From NCBI GenBank assembly GCA_018240695.1, contig JAFEFH010000004.1, positions 1,032-65,031 on the forward strand: 64,000 bases of DNA, written 5' to 3'. This stretch comes from Pseudomonadota bacterium (GTDB lineage: Bacteria; Pseudomonadota; Alphaproteobacteria; Reyranellales; Reyranellaceae). Shown here piece after piece: positions 46,474-56,788 of this stretch (its first letter is position 1; every line of letters begins with the position of its first letter). The translations under genes and the position numbers were made by a program. The notes under the pieces were generated by a model that saw only the letters and a program-made list of their open reading frames with translations, was not told the origin of the DNA and searched no databases.

Positions 46474-49104
46474 TCAGCGTTTGGTTTCGATCAGAGTTTC
46501 GATGGCGGCGCGCAGCGGCCTCGCCGCATCCTCATAGCCGCGCCAGGGCTTGGTCTTCTTCAGCAGCGCCGGCGCGGTCTTCACCGTGTATTTCATGGGA
46601 TCGAGCCCAGCCTTCACGGCCTTCCAGTCGACCGGCATCGACACCGGCGCGCCCGCGCGCGCGCGCGGCGACAGCGGCGCCACCGCGGTCGAGGTTTTGT
46701 CGTTGCGCAGATAGTCGAGAAAGATCCGCCCGGTGCGCTCCTTCTTCGCCATGTTGAGCACGTAGCGGTCGGGAAACTGCGCGGCCAGGCGGCGGCAGAC
46801 TTCCTTGGCGAACATCTTGGCCGCGTCCCAATCGGGACTCTTCTTGTCGGCGGTGAGCGGCACCACGACATGCAGGCCCTTGCCGCCGGTCGTCTTGCAG
46901 AAGGCCTCGAGTCCCAGCGCCTCGAGCCGCTCGCGCACTTCCAACGCGCCCTTGATCACGTCGTTGAACTTCACATCGGGCGCGGGGTCGAGATCGAATA
47001 CCAGTCGGCCCGGCAGCTCGGGCTGGTCGGGCTGGCAGTTCCAGGGATGCAGCTCGGTCGTGCCCATCTGCGCCGCCGCGATCAGTCCCTCGACCCGGTC
47101 GATCTGGAGATAGGGCTTCTTGTCGCCTTTGACCTTCACCGCCTCGAAGAGATGCGAGCCGCCGGCCATGGCATGGCGCTGGAAGAACTTCTGTTTGCCG
47201 TCGATGCCGTCGGGCGTGCGCACGATCGAGCAGGGCCGCCCCTTGATGTGCGGCAGCATCCACTCGCCGACTTCCTCGAAATAGTGCGCGAGGTCGAGCT
47301 TGCTGACCTTGTCCTTGGGCCACAGCAACTTGTCGGGATGGGAGAGGGACACGCCCATCACCATGCCCGGGCCGCCGGCCTTGACCGCGCGCACCGCCTT
47401 TTTGGGAGTGGGTTCCGCGACCTCGGTATCCTCGGGTTCGGCAGGTTTTTCGGCCTCGACGTCCTCGGCCGGCTTGTCGGCGCGCAAGCCCTTGAAGGCT
47501 GCCTGCCGCACGTTGCCCGCGCCCGTCCAGCCGGCGAACTCGATCTCGGCCACCAGCTCGGGCGCGGCCCAGTGCATGTTGCTCTCGCGCGGCGGCGATG
47601 CGGCGGCATCGAACGGCGACTTCTTGCTCTCGACCGCCTTCAGCTTCGGCAGGACGGCGCGCATCACCTTCTCGCTGAAGCCGGTGCCGACACGGCCGAC
47701 ATACACCAGCTTGTCGCCGCCCCCATCAACTTTCCGATGCACGCCCGCCAACAGCGAGCGCAGCTTCCTGCCTTCCTGCGTCCAGCCGCCGATCACCACC
47801 TCATGGCCGGCGCGGCACTTGGCCTTGGTCCAGGTGCCGTGACGGCCGGACTTGTAGGGCGCGCCGAGCTCCTTCGACACGATGCCCTCGAGATGCATCT
47901 TGCAGGCCGACTGGAGGACGGCATCGCCGCCGGTCTCGAAGTGCTCGACGTAGCGGATGGTCTGCTTCCTGGCTTCGGTCGCCGCCAGCAACGCGCGCAG
48001 CCTGTCCTTGCGCTCCGACAGCGGCAGCGGCCGCAGGTCCTCGCCGTCGGCGAACAGCAGGTCGAAGGCGAAGAAGATGAGATTCTTGGAATCGTCCTCC
48101 GACAAGGCGGCCTGGAGCGCCGCGAAGTCGGGCGCCCCATGCTCGTCGAGCGCACAGGCCTCGCCGTCGATGAGGCAGTCGGGCAGGGCAGCCGCCGCCT
48201 CGGCGATGGCGGCGAACTTGCGCGTCCAGTCGAGCCCCTTGCGGGTGCGCAACGCGGCCTCGCCATCCTCGACGCGCAGTTGCAGGCGGTAGCCGTCGAA
48301 CTTCACCTCGTGGGCCCAACCGGCGCCGGAGGGCGCGCGCTCGACCAGCTTGCAGAGTTGCGGCTCGACGAATTCCGGCAGGTCCGCGGCCTTCCTGGCA
48401 TGTGCGGCCTTGCCCTTCTTGCGGATGTTCGTCTTGCCGCTCTCCTTGCTGTTCCAGACGGCGCCGGCGGTGGCCTTGTTCCTGCGGCTCATGAAGGGCG
48501 TCGGCGCCTTGCCGGTGCCGAGCTCGATCTGCTTCAGCGTGCGGCCCGAGGCCACCGACTTCGGGTCCTTCAGGAGCTTGTCGCCATTGCCTTCCTCGGC
48601 AGCGCCGTCGCGATGCTTGATCAGCAGCCAGTTGGTGCGCTTGCTGTCGCCGCTCTTTTTGCCCCACTTCATGCGCACCAGCACCCAACTGCCGCCCAGC
48701 CGCTCGCCCTCCAGGGTGAACTTGAGGTCGCCGCGCTTCAGCCCTTCGTGCGGATCGCCCTCGGGAATCCAGTAGCCGCGGTCCCAGAGCTGGACCGTGC
48801 CGCCGCCATACTGGCCCTTCGGGATGGTGCCTTCGAAGTCTCCATAGTCCAGCGGATGGTCCTCGACCTCGACCGCCAGGCGCTTGTCGGCGGGATCGAG
48901 CGACGGACCCTTGGTCACGGCCCAAGACTTGAACACGCCGTCGAGCTCGAGCCGGAAGTCGTAGTGCAGCCGCGTGGCATCGTGGCGCTGGATGACGAAT
49001 CGGAGTCCCGCCCCCTTCGCCACCACCGCCTTGCCCGAGGGCTCGGCGGTCTTGGCGAAATCGCGCTTGGCGCGATAGGTGTCGAGGCTCCCCTTGGCGC
49101 TCAT
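46474..49104 (-). CDS. ligD: NHEJ DNA ligase D (phosphoesterase-ligase-polymerase)
   Basis: [18 protein letters not shown] (PE), HEVKFDGYR (ligase Lys), [27 protein letters not shown] (Pol). Confidence 0.97.
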   Translation of the reverse strand: MSAKGSLDTYRAKRDFAKTAEPSGKAVVAKGAGLRFVIQRHDATRLHYDFRLELDGVFKSWAVTKGPSLDPADKRLAVEVEDHPLDYGDFEGTIPKGQYGGGTVQLWDRGYWIPEGDPHEGLKRGDLKFTLEGERLGGSWVLVRMKWGKKSGDSKRTNWLLIKHRDGAAEEGNGDKLLKDPKSVASGRTLKQIELGTGKAPTPFMSRRNKATAGAVWNSKESGKTNIRKKGKAAHARKAADLPEFVEPQLCKLVERAPSGAGWAHEVKFDGYRLQLRVEDGEAALRTRKGLDWTRKFAAIAEAAAALPDCLIDGEACALDEHGAPDFAALQAALSEDDSKNLIFFAFDLLFADGEDLRPLPLSERKDRLRALLAATEARKQTIRYVEHFETGGDAVLQSACKMHLEGIVSKELGAPYKSGRHGTWTKAKCRAGHEVVIGGWTQEGRKLRSLLAGVHRKVDGGGDKLVYVGRVGTGFSEKVMRAVLPKLKAVESKKSPFDAAASPPRESNMHWAAPELVAEIEFAGWTGAGNVRQAAFKGLRADKPAEDVEAEKPAEPEDTEVAEPTPKKAVRAVKAGGPGMVMGVSLSHPDKLLWPKDKVSKLDLAHYFEEVGEWMLPHIKGRPCSIVRTPDGIDGKQKFFQRHAMAGGSHLFEAVKVKGDKKPYLQIDRVEGLIAAAQMGTTELHPWNCQPDQPELPGRLVFDLDPAPDVKFNDVIKGALEVRERLEALGLEAFCKTTGGKGLHVVVPLTADKKSPDWDAAKMFAKEVCRRLAAQFPDRYVLNMAKKERTGRIFLDYLRNDKTSTAVAPLSPRARAGAPVSMPVDWKAVKAGLDPMKYTVKTAPALLKKTKPWRGYEDAARPLRAAIETLIETKR

Positions 49105-51194
49105 ACCGGCGGCCGCACCAGCTTCTCGCGGTCCCAGATACGGTGCTTCTTGGCGGCGGCGATGAAGTCCTGCACGCCGCGCTTGCTGTCGAGTTCGACA
49201 ACGCCGAGATCGACGTCGGGCTCGATCGCGGCCTCGTCGAACAACGGCGCGGCCGCGTCGGCATAGGCGATGGCCTTGAGGTGTCCGTAGGCGTCACGGA
49301 TCCAGTTGATCGCGGCGGCCATGTTCAGCAACTCCGCCGCCCCGTCTTCCGACGGCAACACTACGACGGCGTCGAACAGCACCGACGGGCCGCCGTCGAT
49401 CGTCTCGTCCGGCCGGTGCGTGGCCCCACTCGAGTCCTTCAACGGACCGATCTTCGGCGCCACGAGCTTCAGCTTCGCGCCTTCCTTTTTCAGTGCCGTG
49501 GCGAGAGCGGCCAGCAGCTTGCCGTCACAGCCCGGCGTCACCAGCGCGGCGATCGTACGGCCCTCGATGGTGGCCGGCGCCTTGGCGACGATGCTGAGGG
49601 GCGGCGAGGGCGGCAGGTCGTCGCGCGGCTCGACCGCCGGCACGATGTCGTCGGCCTTGCCCTCCATGCCCATCGCCGCGGCGACGCGCTGGCCGAGTTC
49701 GGGCTCGATCAGGTCGAGATGGCCGAGCATCCGGGTCCGGACGGCGAGCGTCGTCACCTTGCTCAGCTCGAACGTGAAGGCCGACACGATATGTGCCTGC
49801 TCCGGCGGCGTCATCGACCGCCAGAACTGGCGGGCCTGCGAGTAATGATCGGCGAAGGTCTCCGACCGCTCGCGCACCTTCGGTCCGGCATTGGGATCGG
49901 GGAAGCTCGCGAAGCCGCGCACCGGGTTCTCGCGCGGGCTCGCGGGATCGAGCGAGTTCGGCTCGTAGTTGGTGCGGCCCGGCACCGCCAGCATGCGCAT
50001 GTGACCGTCGCGCTGGAAGTTGCGCATCGGACAGACCGGCTTGTTGATCGGGATCTCGTGGAAGTTCGGCCCGCCCAACCGCGACAGCTGGGTGTCGAGG
50101 TAGGAATGGAGGCGGCCCTGGAGCAGCGGGTCCGGCGTGAAGTCGATGCCGGGCACGATGTGGCCGGGGTGGAACGCGACCTGCTCGGTCTCGGCGAAGA
50201 AGTTCACCGGATTGCGGTCGAGCACCATGCGGCCGATCGGGGTGAGCGGCACGATCTCTTCCGGAATGATCTTGGTGGGATCGAGGATGTCGAAGTCGAG
50301 CGAATCGGCGATCTTCTCGTCGAACGCCTGAACGCTCAACGTCCATTCCGGGAAGGCGCCGGTGTCGATCGACTCCCACAGGTCGCGGCGGTGATAGTCG
50401 GGGTCGGCGCCGGCGATCTTGACCGCCTCCTCCCAGACCAGCGAGGCCGCGCCGATGGTCGGCCGCCAGTGGAACTTCACGAAGGTCGACTTGCCGGCTA
50501 CGTCGATCAGCCGGAACGTATGGATGCCGAAGCCCTCGATATGGCGCAGCGAGCGCGGGATGGCGCGGTCCGACATCGCCCACATCAGCATGTGCATGCT
50601 CTCGGGCATCAGCGAGACGAAGTCCCAGAAGGTGTCATGCGCCGAGGCGGCCTGCGGGAAGGCGCGATCGGCCTCCATCTTCACCGAGTGGACCAGGTCG
50701 GGGAACTTCATCGCGTCCTGGATGAAGAAGACCGGGATGTTGTTGCCGACCAGGTCGAAGTTGCCTTCCTCGGTGTAGAACTTCACGGCGAAGCCGCGCA
50801 CGTCGCGCGGCGTGTCGACCGAGCCCGCGCCGCCCGCGACGGTCGAGAATCGTACGAAGACCTTGGTGCGCTTGCCGGGCTGCAGGAACGCCGCCTTGCT
50901 GAGCTTGGAGGCACCGCGCGCCGCCTCGAAATATCCGTGCGCTCCCGAACCCCGGGCGTGGACGATGCGCTCGGGAATGCGCTCATGGTCGAAGTGCGTG
51001 ATCTTCTCGCGGAGGATGAAATCCTCGAGCAGGGTCGGACCGCGCGCCCCGCTTTTCAGCGAGTTCTGGTTGTCGGCGACCGGGGTGCCCTGATTGGTCG
51101 TCAGCGTCTGGTTGTCGGCCGCAGTCGTTTGATGCAACTCGCCACCCGCGACCTTCCGGTTCACCGGCTTCTTGCCCGCCTTTGCCTTCGCCAC
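49101..51194 (-). CDS. katE: Large-subunit monofunctional catalase (HPII-type, C-terminal DJ-1/GATase-like domain)
   Basis: [43 protein letters not shown]; likely GTG start 51194. Confidence 0.96.
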   Translation of the reverse strand: MAKAKAGKKPVNRKVAGGELHQTTAADNQTLTTNQGTPVADNQNSLKSGARGPTLLEDFILREKITHFDHERIPERIVHARGSGAHGYFEAARGASKLSKAAFLQPGKRTKVFVRFSTVAGGAGSVDTPRDVRGFAVKFYTEEGNFDLVGNNIPVFFIQDAMKFPDLVHSVKMEADRAFPQAASAHDTFWDFVSLMPESMHMLMWAMSDRAIPRSLRHIEGFGIHTFRLIDVAGKSTFVKFHWRPTIGAASLVWEEAVKIAGADPDYHRRDLWESIDTGAFPEWTLSVQAFDEKIADSLDFDILDPTKIIPEEIVPLTPIGRMVLDRNPVNFFAETEQVAFHPGHIVPGIDFTPDPLLQGRLHSYLDTQLSRLGGPNFHEIPINKPVCPMRNFQRDGHMRMLAVPGRTNYEPNSLDPASPRENPVRGFASFPDPNAGPKVRERSETFADHYSQARQFWRSMTPPEQAHIVSAFTFELSKVTTLAVRTRMLGHLDLIEPELGQRVAAAMGMEGKADDIVPAVEPRDDLPPSPPLSIVAKAPATIEGRTIAALVTPGCDGKLLAALATALKKEGAKLKLVAPKIGPLKDSSGATHRPDETIDGGPSVLFDAVVVLPSEDGAAELLNMAAAINWIRDAYGHLKAIAYADAAAPLFDEAAIEPDVDLGVVELDSKRGVQDFIAAAKKHRIWDREKLVRPPV

Positions 51195-51247
51195 GATGGA
51201 GACCCCGCGAAATGGAAATCGACCCGATATTGGGAGATGCGGACTCA

Positions 51248-51272
51248 AACGGGCAGGAAAGGAACGGGTTGC
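51248..51272 (-). promoter_or_regulatory. EcfG-type promoter candidate for katE-ligD-ku
   Basis: Minus strand GCAAC-N16-CGTT (one mismatch from GGAAC), 53 nt before the katE GTG. Confidence 0.55.
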
Positions 51273-51318
51273 CACAAAGACGCCGCAACGGCCTTCCTCG
51301 GGGAGTCGTTAGGACTCC

Positions 51319-51975
51319 ATGCCGCAAAAGCATCTCCTCACCCGCCGGCTGCTCGGCACCACCGCCGTCGCCACGGCCATGACCGGCGTCGCCGCCCGCG
51401 CCCAGATCCCCCAACCCAAGGACGTCCAGACCGCCATCGCGCCGGCGCCCTCCTTTCCAGGAAATCTCGACATGAATCTCGACGTGAACGGCCGGCAGCA
51501 CCGGCTGTCGCTCGACCCGCGCACGACGCTGCTCGACGCCCTGCGCGACCATCTCGGCCTCACCGGCACCAAGAAGGGCTGCGACCATGGGCAGTGCGGC
51601 GCCTGTACGGTGCTGATCAACGGCGTGCGGATGAATTCCTGCCTGTCGCTGGCCGCCAGCCGCGAGGGTGACAAGATCGTCACCATCGAGGGCCTGGCCG
51701 ACGGCGAGAAGCTGCACCCGATGCAGACCTCGTTCGTGCATGCCGACGCCTTCCAGTGCGGCTTCTGCACGCCGGGCCAGATCTGCTCGGCGGTCGGCAT
51801 GGCCAACGAGCTGAAGCGCGGCGTGCCATCGGCCGTGACGATCGACGTCGCCGCCGCGCCGACCGCCAGCGTCGACGAAGTGCGCGAGCGCATGAGCGGC
51901 AACATCTGCCGCTGCTCGGCCTATCCTAACATCGTGGCGGCCATCCTCGCCGCTACCGAGGGGGTGACGAAATGA
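51319..51975 (+). CDS. paoA: Aldehyde oxidoreductase 2Fe-2S subunit with Tat-like signal (PaoA/YagT-like)
   Basis: TRRLLG; [30 protein letters not shown]. Confidence 0.9.
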   Translation: MPQKHLLTRRLLGTTAVATAMTGVAARAQIPQPKDVQTAIAPAPSFPGNLDMNLDVNGRQHRLSLDPRTTLLDALRDHLGLTGTKKGCDHGQCGACTVLINGVRMNSCLSLAASREGDKIVTIEGLADGEKLHPMQTSFVHADAFQCGFCTPGQICSAVGMANELKRGVPSAVTIDVAAAPTASVDEVRERMSGNICRCSAYPNIVAAILAATEGVTK

Positions 51976-52967
51976 AGGCCTTCACCTTCGAACGCGCCAC
52001 CGACGTCGACGCCGCGGTCGCTTCCTCCGCCAAGCCCGGCGCGCGCTTCATCGCCGGCGGCACCAACCTGCTCGATCTCATGAAGGTCGAGGTCGAAAAG
52101 CCCGCGCATCTGATCGACATCTCGCGCCTGCCGTTGCGTGACATCGCCGAGACGCCGGAGGGCGACCTCACGGTGGGAGCGCTGGTCAGCAACACCGACC
52201 TCGCCGCGCATCCCAAGGTGCGCGAACGCTATCCGATGCTGGCGCGCGCGGTCGTCAACGGCGCCTCGGCGCAGCTGCGCAACCAGGCGACAACCGGCGG
52301 CAATCTCCTTCAGCGCACGCGCTGCCCGTACTTCTATGACGTGGCCAAGTCCTGCAACAAGCGCACGCCGGGCGCGGGCTGCTCGGCCTTGCAGGGCATC
52401 AACCGCATGACCGCCGTGCTGGGCGGCAGCGACGCCTGCATCGCCGCGCACCCGTCGGACATGGCGGTCGCCCTGATGGCGCTCGAGGCCACCATCGAGA
52501 CCAAGGGCGGCAGCAAAGGCGGACGCAAGATCGCCATCGCGGATTTCTACCGCCTGCCCGGCGACACACCGCACCGGGAAACCAACCTGGAGCCCGGCGA
52601 GCTGATCGTCTCGGTGGCGCTGCCGCCGCCGCCGGCCGGGCAACAGACCTATCGCAAGGTGCGCGACCGCGCGTCCTACGCTTTCGCGCTGGTGTCGGTC
52701 GCCGCCATCCTCGATCTCGACGCCGACAAGCGCGTGCGTGGTGCGCGGCTGGCGCTGGGCGGTGTCGGCACGATGCCGTGGCGCGCGCTCGATGCCGAGA
52801 AGGGCATGGTCGGCGCCGAGGCGGGCGACAAGGCCTTCGCCGCGGCGGGCGCCGTGGCGATGGCCGGCGCGCGCGGCCGCGGCGGCAACGACTTCAAGAT
52901 CCCGCTGGCCAAGCGCGTCGTGGCGCGCACCTTCGCCGGCCTCGCGACCTCCATTTCGAAGGGCTGA
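51972..52967 (+). CDS. paoB: Aldehyde oxidoreductase FAD subunit (PaoB/YagS-like)
   Basis: [54 protein letters not shown]. Confidence 0.9.
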   Translation: MKAFTFERATDVDAAVASSAKPGARFIAGGTNLLDLMKVEVEKPAHLIDISRLPLRDIAETPEGDLTVGALVSNTDLAAHPKVRERYPMLARAVVNGASAQLRNQATTGGNLLQRTRCPYFYDVAKSCNKRTPGAGCSALQGINRMTAVLGGSDACIAAHPSDMAVALMALEATIETKGGSKGGRKIAIADFYRLPGDTPHRETNLEPGELIVSVALPPPPAGQQTYRKVRDRASYAFALVSVAAILDLDADKRVRGARLALGGVGTMPWRALDAEKGMVGAEAGDKAFAAAGAVAMAGARGRGGNDFKIPLAKRVVARTFAGLATSISKG

Positions 52968-52972
52968 TTCCC

Positions 52973-55069
52973 ATGGCAACTGTCATCGGCATGCCGATCG
53001 ACCGCATCGACGGGCCCGCCAAGGTGACCGGCAAGGCGATCTATGCCGCCGACGTCGGCGCGGACAAGCCGGTGTTCGGCGCGATCGCCACCGCCACCAT
53101 CGCCTACGGGTCCATCAAGTCGATCGATGCCAGCGAAGCGCGCCGCCAGCCCGGCGTGCTGCTGGTGTGGACGCACGAGAACGCCCCGGCCCAGGCGCCG
53201 TGGGTGCCCAAGGCCGAGGATCCGTTCGCCCGTCCCAAGCCCCAGCTCGACAGCAAGAAGATCCAATATTACGGCCAGCCCGTCGCGCTGGTCGTCGCCA
53301 CCACCTTCGAGGCCGCGCGCGAAGCCGCCGCCCTGATCGACGTGACGTACGAGAAGGGCGAAGGGGTGTTCGATCTCGAGAACGCCGGCAAGGACACCAA
53401 GACGCCCAAGCAGGACAATGTCGGCAAGCCTGCCGCCAGCAAGGTGGGCGACGTCGACATGGCGATGCGCACCGGCTTCGTCTCGGTCGACGAGACCTAC
53501 AAGACGCCCTACCAGAACCACAACCAGATGGAGCCGCATGCCAGCACGGCGATCTGGGACGGCGACAAGCTCACCGTGCACTGCGCGGTCCAGCTCGTGG
53601 AATCCGCGCACGCCTGCATCGCCACCACGCTCAAGCTGCCGCCCGAGAAGGTCGAAATCGTGGCCGAGTTCATCGGCGGCGGCTTCGGCGGCAAGCTGCC
53701 GGTCTATGGCGACGCCATCCTGGCCGGTCTGGCCGCGCGCGAGTTGAAGCGGCCGGTCAGGGTCGTGCTGACCCGCCAGCAGATGGCGCACGTCACCACC
53801 CATCGCGGCGCCTCGGTGCAGCGCGTGCGCCTGGCCGCGCAGCGCGACGGCACCCTGACGGCCATCGCGCACGAATCTCTGGCCCAGACCGCGCGCGCCG
53901 ACGACTTCGTCGAGCCGATCGTGGCCTCGACGCGCTCGCTCTACGCCGCGCCCAACCGCTTCACCCAGCAGCGCACCGCCGTGCTCGACCTGCCGATCCC
54001 GGGCTCGATGCGGGCGCCGGGCGAGGCGATCGGCCTGCTGGCGCTCGAGCAGGCGATCGACGAGCTGGCGGTGAAGCTCGACATGGATCCGATCGCGCTG
54101 CGCCTCAAGAACGAGCCCAAGGACGACCCCGAGAAGCACATCCCGTTCTCGACGCGCAACCTGGTGGCGTGCCTGCAACAGGGCGCCGACCGCTTCGGCT
54201 GGAACAAGCGCAACCCCAAGCCCGGCGCCAACCGGCAGGGCCAGTGGCTGGTGGGCATGGGCGTGGCGGCGGCGATCCGCGGCAACTTCCTGCGCAAGGC
54301 AGAAGCCAAAGTCACCATGACCAGCGCGAAGACCGCGACGGTCGAGATGGACATGACCGACATCGGCACCGGCTCCTACACCATCTTCGCGCAGATCGCG
54401 GCCGAAACGCTCGACATTCCGGTCGAGGCGGTGACGGTGAAACTCGGCCACAGCTCCTATCCCGACACGCCGGGCTCGGGGGGCTCGTTCGGCGCGTCGA
54501 GCTGCGGCGCGGCGCTGCTCGATGCCTGCCAGAAGCTGAAGGCGCGCCTCGACAAGGGTGAAGGGCCGCAGGGTTTGACGGCAATGGGCAAGGCCGCGCC
54601 CGGCGACGACTACAAGAAGTACGCGCAGTTCGCCTACGGCGCCCATTTCGCCGAGGTCGGCGTCGACGCCGATACCGGCGAGGTGCGCCTTCGCCGCATG
54701 CTGGGCGTGTTCGATGCCGGCCGCATCCTCAACGCCAAGACCGCGCGCTCGCAGCTGATCGGCGGCATGATCTGGGGTGTGAGTTCGGCGCTCTACGAGG
54801 AGCAGCCGCTCGACCTGCGCTTCGGCTCGTTCATGAGTGTCGACCTCGCCAACTATCACGTGCCGGTGCATGCCGACATCCCGAGCGTCGAAGCCGCGAC
54901 CTTGAAGGAGTTCGACCGCCACGCCAACGCGCTGGGCTCGAAGGGCGTGGGCGAACTCGGCATCTGCGGCGCCGGCGCCGCGGTCGCCAACGCCGTCTAC
55001 AACGCCTGCGGCGCCCGCGTGCGGGAGTACCCGATCACCGTCGACAAGATCCTGCCGGCGTTGAGCTAG
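52973..55069 (+). CDS. paoC: Aldehyde oxidoreductase molybdopterin subunit (PaoC/YagR-like)
   Basis: ATG 52973; DGPAKVTG, HNQMEPH, IGGGFGGK, MRAPG, DIGTG, KGVGELG. Confidence 0.92.
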   Translation: MATVIGMPIDRIDGPAKVTGKAIYAADVGADKPVFGAIATATIAYGSIKSIDASEARRQPGVLLVWTHENAPAQAPWVPKAEDPFARPKPQLDSKKIQYYGQPVALVVATTFEAAREAAALIDVTYEKGEGVFDLENAGKDTKTPKQDNVGKPAASKVGDVDMAMRTGFVSVDETYKTPYQNHNQMEPHASTAIWDGDKLTVHCAVQLVESAHACIATTLKLPPEKVEIVAEFIGGGFGGKLPVYGDAILAGLAARELKRPVRVVLTRQQMAHVTTHRGASVQRVRLAAQRDGTLTAIAHESLAQTARADDFVEPIVASTRSLYAAPNRFTQQRTAVLDLPIPGSMRAPGEAIGLLALEQAIDELAVKLDMDPIALRLKNEPKDDPEKHIPFSTRNLVACLQQGADRFGWNKRNPKPGANRQGQWLVGMGVAAAIRGNFLRKAEAKVTMTSAKTATVEMDMTDIGTGSYTIFAQIAAETLDIPVEAVTVKLGHSSYPDTPGSGGSFGASSCGAALLDACQKLKARLDKGEGPQGLTAMGKAAPGDDYKKYAQFAYGAHFAEVGVDADTGEVRLRRMLGVFDAGRILNAKTARSQLIGGMIWGVSSALYEEQPLDLRFGSFMSVDLANYHVPVHADIPSVEAATLKEFDRHANALGSKGVGELGICGAGAAVANAVYNACGARVREYPITVDKILPALS

Positions 55070-56449
55070 TTATTTTCCGATACAGAAGTCGCGGAAGATC
55101 ACGTCGAGCAGCTCGTCGATGCGCACGGCGCCGGTGATGCGGCCCAGCGCGCGCATGGCGAGGCGCAAATCCTCGGCGGCGAGCGCGATCTCCGGGGCGG
55201 CGAGCGCGCGGCCGATCGCGGCCTGCGCCTCGACCAGGGCCTCGCGGTGACGGGCGCGGGTCAAGGGCGGCGCGGCGCCTTCTTCCATCAAGAGGCCGGT
55301 CGCGCGCTCGATGCGCTGAAGCAGGTCCGGCAAGCCTGCACCGGTCGCGGCCGACAGGGCGACGACCCCGCTGCCGTCGACGGCCGCGAGATCGCTCTTG
55401 TTGACCACGACGATGTCGCGCGCCGCGTCCCAGCGCTCGGTCGCGGCGGTCAGCGCCTGCATCTCCTTCTTCCAGTCTCCGGCCGCGTCCAGCACCAGCA
55501 GGCGCAGGTCGGCCTCGGCGGCGCGCTGCCGGGCCCGGCGCACGCCTTCCTGCTCGATCGCGTCCGCCGACTCGCGCAGGCCCGCGGTATCGGCCAGCAC
55601 AACCGGCCAGCCGCCGAGATCGAGATGGACCTCGATCACGTCGCGCGTCGTGCCGGCGGTCTCCGACACGATGGCGGCGTCGCGGCGCGCCAGCAGGTTG
55701 AGCAGCGACGACTTGCCGGCGTTGGGCGGGCCGACGATGGCGATGTGCACGCCGTCGCGCAGCCGCTCGCCGCGCTTGTCGTCGAGATGCGTCGCGATCT
55801 CGGCGCGCAGCTTGGCAATCGCGGTCTGCACTTCAGCGCCGATGCCGTCAGGCAGGTCCTCGTCGGGAAAATCGATCGCCGCCTCGAGATGCGCCAGCGC
55901 GCGCAAACCAACCGTGCGCCAATCCTCGTAGAGCCGGTGCAGCGCGCCACCCATCTGGCGCATCGCCAGCCGGCGCTGCTGGTCGGTCTCGGCGGCCACG
56001 AGATCGGCGATGCCTTCGGCCTCGGTGAGGCCGAGCTTGCCGTGCTCGAAGGCGCGGCGCGTGAACTCGCCGGGCTCAGCCAGACGGCAGAAGCCGAGCT
56101 TGGCGATCGCGGCCAAGGCGGCGGTGGCGACGGCGCGGCCGCCGTGCAGGTGCAGCTCGACCATCATCTCGCCGGTCTCGGTGTGCGGCGCCTCGAAATA
56201 GACGGCGATGCCGCGGTCGATCGCCTCGCCGGTCAGCGGATCGTAGATCGTGCGCAGCACCATGCGCCGCGTCTCGGGCAGCGAGGGATCGCGCGCCGAA
56301 TGGCCGCGCTCGAACGCTTTGGCTTCGGTGAGAAAGACGAACGCGTCGGGCGCGCGCGGGCCGCTGATGCGGATGACCGAGAGCGCGCCGGGCGCCGCCC
56401 TCGACGGGGCCGGCGTGCCGAGCGCATAGATCGTGGCAGCGTCCATCAC
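55070..56449 (-). CDS. mnmE: tRNA modification GTPase MnmE (TrmE)
   Basis: AEPGEFTRRAF, GPPNAGKSS, GTTRDVIE, DTAGLR, NKSD, C-terminal FCIGK. Confidence 0.97.
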   Translation of the reverse strand: MMDAATIYALGTPAPSRAAPGALSVIRISGPRAPDAFVFLTEAKAFERGHSARDPSLPETRRMVLRTIYDPLTGEAIDRGIAVYFEAPHTETGEMMVELHLHGGRAVATAALAAIAKLGFCRLAEPGEFTRRAFEHGKLGLTEAEGIADLVAAETDQQRRLAMRQMGGALHRLYEDWRTVGLRALAHLEAAIDFPDEDLPDGIGAEVQTAIAKLRAEIATHLDDKRGERLRDGVHIAIVGPPNAGKSSLLNLLARRDAAIVSETAGTTRDVIEVHLDLGGWPVVLADTAGLRESADAIEQEGVRRARQRAAEADLRLLVLDAAGDWKKEMQALTAATERWDAARDIVVVNKSDLAAVDGSGVVALSAATGAGLPDLLQRIERATGLLMEEGAAPPLTRARHREALVEAQAAIGRALAAPEIALAAEDLRLAMRALGRITGAVRIDELLDVIFRDFCIGK

Positions 56450-56781
56450 CGCCGGGCAGGCGGCGCGGCGGGACGCGCGGGCGCGGCAGGGGCCGCCGCC
56501 ACCGGACGCGCATAGACCTTGTCCGACAGCTTCTCGTACAGCGCCTCGGGAATGATGTGCCGCTCGACCAGCTCGGTCTTCGCGCGGAACGGGCGCGAGC
56601 GGATGATCGCATCGGCGCGCACGTCGCCGATCCCGTCGAGCGTCAGGAGCTGGTCGCGGCTCGCACTGTTGAGGTCGATCTGGTTGGCCGCCGGCGGGGC
56701 GGACGCGGGCGCGCGGGTCTGCGCGGAAGCGACTCCCGCGAACAGCAGGACAACGGCGAAGACGGAGGCGGCGAAACGCAT
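56446..56781 (-). CDS. Exported helix-hairpin-helix (ComEA-like) protein
   Basis: Signal peptide MRFAASVFAVVLLFAGVASA; IDLNSASRDQLLTLDGIG...ADAII; stop overlaps the mnmE start. Confidence 0.85.
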   Translation of the reverse strand: MRFAASVFAVVLLFAGVASAQTRAPASAPPAANQIDLNSASRDQLLTLDGIGDVRADAIIRSRPFRAKTELVERHIIPEALYEKLSDKVYARPVAAAPAAPARPAAPPARR

Positions 56782-56788
56782 CGGCGGA

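Noticed and set aside
44270-55069. Integrative element or prophage explanation for the block
   Set aside because: No integrase, transposase, tRNA target or att-like repeats seen; most genes have host-like codon usage
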